Positions 46,380-48,735 of a stretch of DNA of 48,735 bases are shown piece after piece. The first letter of the stretch is position 1, and every line of letters begins with the position of its first letter. The notes below the pieces were generated by a model that worked only from the letters and a program-made list of their open reading frames with translations, had not been told where the DNA came from and ran no database searches. The position numbers were made by a program, and so were the translations under genes. Source of the DNA: an uncultured Clostridia bacterium (lineage in GTDB: Bacteria > Bacillota > Clostridia > TANB77 > CAG-508); the NCBI GenBank assembly GCA_944388985.1, contig CALXKT010000002.1:1-48735 (forward strand), in the 5' to 3' direction.

Positions 46380-47240
46380 CTACGGTTCCAAATCACTTAA
46401 AATCTTATTTTTATACTCTCGATACACATTATCATATTTTTTCACAAAATCCAAAATAACATATTTCGTACATGGATACTCTAATCGCAAAGCATTTCCC
46501 AATACATGTTTTTTTCCATTTTTATACTGCACAACAAATCGGCTTCCTTTAGTTGTTTTTTCTCTTTCTTTGTAGAGCGGAATAATGACATCTCGATATA
46601 ATTTTTCATAAGAAAATAAATACTTTTTTCCCGTAAAACTCTTTGGCACAAAAACAATTGGACGCTCATTATGCATTGGCAACTCTTCCTTTAACCTTAC
46701 CCATTTTTCATTTTCTGCATCCCAGCATAGTTTGTCTAATTTTACTTTCTGCATCTCTATATCCCACATTTCACATTGCTTCTGTGTATAACTAATTAAA
46801 TCTGTAAATAAGATAGTGGTAATTAAATCCGATACTTTATCTTCACCAATATTTGGTATCATTATCAAACAGTCAAAAATATCTTCCACTTCTCCATTTT
46901 GTACCCATTCATTCTTTGCCAATAATCGTATTAAATCTCTCCCACCATTTTCTCCAAAACTCTTTCCGTGTGTAGTTTCTAAGGAATATCCAAGCCTTGT
47001 TTCATTTCTTTCATACAAATTTTCATTAATTTCCATTAATGTTGAATATTCTCTTCTCTTTGACAATTCTAACAAATTTTGAATAAAGTTTTCCACTTTT
47101 TGATAACAACTTTTATGAAATTCAGAAGTGCCTTTTTTTATTTTGGCTGGATCAATAAAAATTTTATTATCCTTGGAAAGATTAATATTCACAAAATCTA
47201 ATTTATTTGCTGAAATATGATATTTCAAACTGATTTTCAT
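46380..47240 (-). CDS. hypothetical protein (286 aa)
   Basis: Long ORF with coding-like composition. The only hint is a possible D..(E)DK acidic cluster (IPNIGEDKVSD). Flanked on both sides by repeat clusters. Confidence 0.45.
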   Translation of the reverse strand: MKISLKYHISANKLDFVNINLSKDNKIFIDPAKIKKGTSEFHKSCYQKVENFIQNLLELSKRREYSTLMEINENLYERNETRLGYSLETTHGKSFGENGGRDLIRLLAKNEWVQNGEVEDIFDCLIMIPNIGEDKVSDLITTILFTDLISYTQKQCEMWDIEMQKVKLDKLCWDAENEKWVRLKEELPMHNERPIVFVPKSFTGKKYLFSYEKLYRDVIIPLYKEREKTTKGSRFVVQYKNGKKHVLGNALRLEYPCTKYVILDFVKKYDNVYREYKNKILSDLEP

Positions 47241-47274
47241 TTTAATCTCCTAACTTTTACGCGTTGATAACAAA

Positions 47275-47365
47275 GGTGTGTCCCAAAAGTTCAAGAACTT
47301 AAACGAATTGGAGTGTCCCTAACGTTCAAGCTCTTGAACATTTAGGAGTGTCCCTTTTGTTCAAG
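47275..47365. repeat. GGGACA-box tandem array, 3 units (subfamily A)
   Basis: TGTCCC at 47279, 47314 and 47349 (exact 35-bp phase). The last unit is the hairpin CTTGAACA-tttaggagtgtcccttt-TGTTCAAG. Confidence 0.88.
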
Positions 47366-47430
47366 TTCCAGTAGGAGTATACCATTTATGTTATTTTCGT
47401 ACAAGAGCGTATTTTGTTTCCTATTTACTA

Positions 47431-47985
47431 CTATGTTAATGCTTTTTTCTTGTTTCGTTTCGGCTTATCTTCTTGTATCATAAAATACAAAAGTAAATCT
47501 TCCATTCTACTTAGCCCTCTTAAGCCTTTAAAAGGGCTTATCACATTCGTGTAAAAATTAATCTGCTTCTTTAAGGTATAATGATATTCCCAATAAAAAA
47601 ATCCTATTACAAAAACAATCACCATTATTAAAATCACGATATCTTGCCAGTCCATATTAATTAGCGGAATGAGACCAATTATGGCTCCAATAATACTGCT
47701 AGGGTCAATAAAATCACGTACTTTCCACCTTTTTATTCTTCCTTGAATTAGTTGCATTTTCTCAGTAGTATTGATATTTTCTTCTTTTAAAAATTGCTCC
47801 ATTAATTCTATTTGCTTTTTATTCACTATTTCTCTTATAGGCTCCATTTGCCCCTCGTTTAATTTTTGTATGCTATCTTGTGTTCTTTCCATGGCAAAAA
47901 AAGAACAACACACGATTGTTCTTTTCATCCGTATATTACGACTAATATTTTTTAGCAGTATCTTTTCTGGCAAAAATAATAGCAT
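47431..47985 (-). CDS. hypothetical membrane protein (start uncertain)
   Basis: Two central TM helices (IIGAIIGLIPLI, IVILIMVIVFVIGFFYW). None of the candidate starts (47985, 47928, 47892) has a convincing RBS. Confidence 0.4.
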   Translation of the reverse strand: MLLFLPEKILLKNISRNIRMKRTIVCCSFFAMERTQDSIQKLNEGQMEPIREIVNKKQIELMEQFLKEENINTTEKMQLIQGRIKRWKVRDFIDPSSIIGAIIGLIPLINMDWQDIVILIMVIVFVIGFFYWEYHYTLKKQINFYTNVISPFKGLRGLSRMEDLLLYFMIQEDKPKRNKKKALT

Positions 47986-48069
47986 TTATCTTTGTTCGTT
48001 AACTTTTACCATTATAGCATATAATTTTTGAAAAATATACTGTTTTTTTGATTATTTTTATTATCATCA

Positions 48070-48258
48070 CTAGTCTTTTATCATTGCTTGAAAAAATTTG
48101 TAAGAATCTGGACCAGTTTTTATTGTAGAAATTCCTCCTTGTACTTTCCATCCATTAGCACATAGTTGATTTACGTTTTTGGAAACAGCTTCAACTCCTT
48201 TACTTATGTTTGAACTCTCACAAAAGACAATTCTGTAACAATCAGCTTGATTACTCAT
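48070..48258 (-). CDS. small protein, DUF1737-like
   Basis: The ..QLCANGWKVQGGIS.. pattern resembles DUF1737/DUF4177-type small alpha/beta domains. Start at the ATG 9 nt after GGAG. Confidence 0.4.
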   Translation of the reverse strand: MSNQADCYRIVFCESSNISKGVEAVSKNVNQLCANGWKVQGGISTIKTGPDSYKFFQAMIKD

Positions 48259-48402
48259 ATACACACTCTCCTTTAACTATCAAATAAATTTTCTCTTTTT
48301 TGCTCTAAGCGAAAAAATATTTATGCAAATATTATATAGCACGTTTATTTAATATTCAAGGTTTTCGATTTTTATATCATTACAAACATTTTCAAATTTT
48401 GT

Positions 48403-48430
48403 TTGACATCTGTAAAAAAAGTGGTATAAT
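48403..48430 (+). promoter_or_regulatory. sigma-A type promoter with extended -10
   Basis: TTGACA (48403-48408), 16-nt spacer, TGg TATAAT (48422-48430). Confidence 0.55.
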
Positions 48431-48436
48431 AATTAT

Positions 48437-48527
48437 AGGAAATGGAGAAACCACAAACGTGGTCAACCTCGGAATAATGTTTTAGACACATCAAACTTTG
48501 GCGAGTTTACAGATGTGTCTGTTTTTT
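48437..48527 (+). ncRNA. candidate ~90-nt sRNA (possible type I antitoxin, 3'-convergent)
   Basis: Near-consensus promoter (TTGACA-16-TGgTATAAT) about 7 nt upstream. Hairpin CCACaaacGTGG, then a long hairpin AGACACATC..GATGTGTCT followed by GTTTTTT. There is no credible ORF. Confidence 0.4.
48484..48527 (+). terminator. Rho-independent terminator
   Basis: 9-bp stem AGACACATC/GATGTGTCT with an inner AAACT/AGTTT extension, followed by a T6 run. Confidence 0.6.
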
Positions 48528-48530
48528 GGT

Positions 48531-48653
48531 TTATTTGCTCTTACAAAGTAGTATTACAAGTGCTATTATCGAAGTAAGAGCTATGATAGTTATTCCTATT
48601 AAAGCATAAAATAGTATGTATATAATTGCTATTAAACATCCAGTATCTACCAT
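48531..48653 (-). CDS. small hydrophobic peptide (40 aa), candidate type I toxin; not in the ORF track
   Basis: My own translation gives MVDTGCLIAIIYILFYALIGITIIALTSIIALVILLCKSK. Strong RBS GGAGGTGA lies 7 nt before the ATG. It has a single TM helix and a basic C-terminus. It is convergent with a promoter-plus-terminator sRNA unit that ends 3 nt from its stop codon. Confidence 0.45.
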   Translation of the reverse strand: MVDTGCLIAIIYILFYALIGITIIALTSIIALVILLCKSK

Positions 48654-48735
48654 AAGCCTCACCTCCTATCTATATTTTCTATTAATATCTTTAAATATCT
48701 CTTTTTTTCTTTATTTTTCATTTTTATTATTATTA

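Noticed and set aside
48443-48478. 11-codon ORF (MEKPQTWSTSE) inside the candidate sRNA.
   Set aside because: The AGGAA lies only 1 nt from the ATG, which is too close for an RBS. The ORF is very short and shows no conservation signal visible from sequence. The transcript was treated as non-coding.

Overview
This is an AT-rich (about 30% GC by eye) chromosomal segment from a spore-forming, Clostridia-like Firmicute. Nearly all genes are on the minus strand. No homology search was run, so product calls rest on motifs I recognise in the supplied translations and on gene order.

Gene content, left to right:
- A SpoIIID-like fragment.
- A complete type II fatty-acid synthesis block: fabH-fabD-fabG-fabF-accB-fabZ-accC-accD-accA-fabI.
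- rimO, a CapA-family protein, an acyl-CoA synthetase (plus strand), RNase G, pth, a GNAT and two glycosyltransferase-like genes.
- recO-yqzL-era.
- A trimeric HydABC-type [FeFe] hydrogenase.
- Three envelope proteins (DHHW, DUF4358-like, DUF3048) and a YbeY-DgkA fusion.
- yqfD/yqfC and a pdaA-like deacetylase.
- An agr-type quorum-sensing locus, including an agrD absent from the ORF track.
- A frameshifted RluA-family gene, a SAM methyltransferase and uvrC.
- A SpoIVFB-like M50 protease with an M23 peptidase, yyaC, and a small set of hypothetical genes at the right end.

The feature that ordinary annotation does not explain is a dense family of GGGACA-box palindromic repeats. There are about 40 boxes at 15 intergenic loci. 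Same-orientation boxes are phased at exactly 35 bp in most tandem arrays. The box is conserved while the flanking arms vary and co-vary. Some copies are nested or expanded, and some supply stop codons to adjacent genes.

Other points worth a second look:
- A 207-bp nested palindrome upstream of the fab promoter.
- A candidate type I toxin/antisense-sRNA module at the right edge.
- An AgrD precursor that predicts an unusually large macrocycle.
- A YbeY-DgkA-(PAP2-like) fusion.
- A sequence motif shared by the fab and acyl-CoA synthetase promoters.

I found no rRNA, tRNA, CRISPR array, transposase or cas genes.
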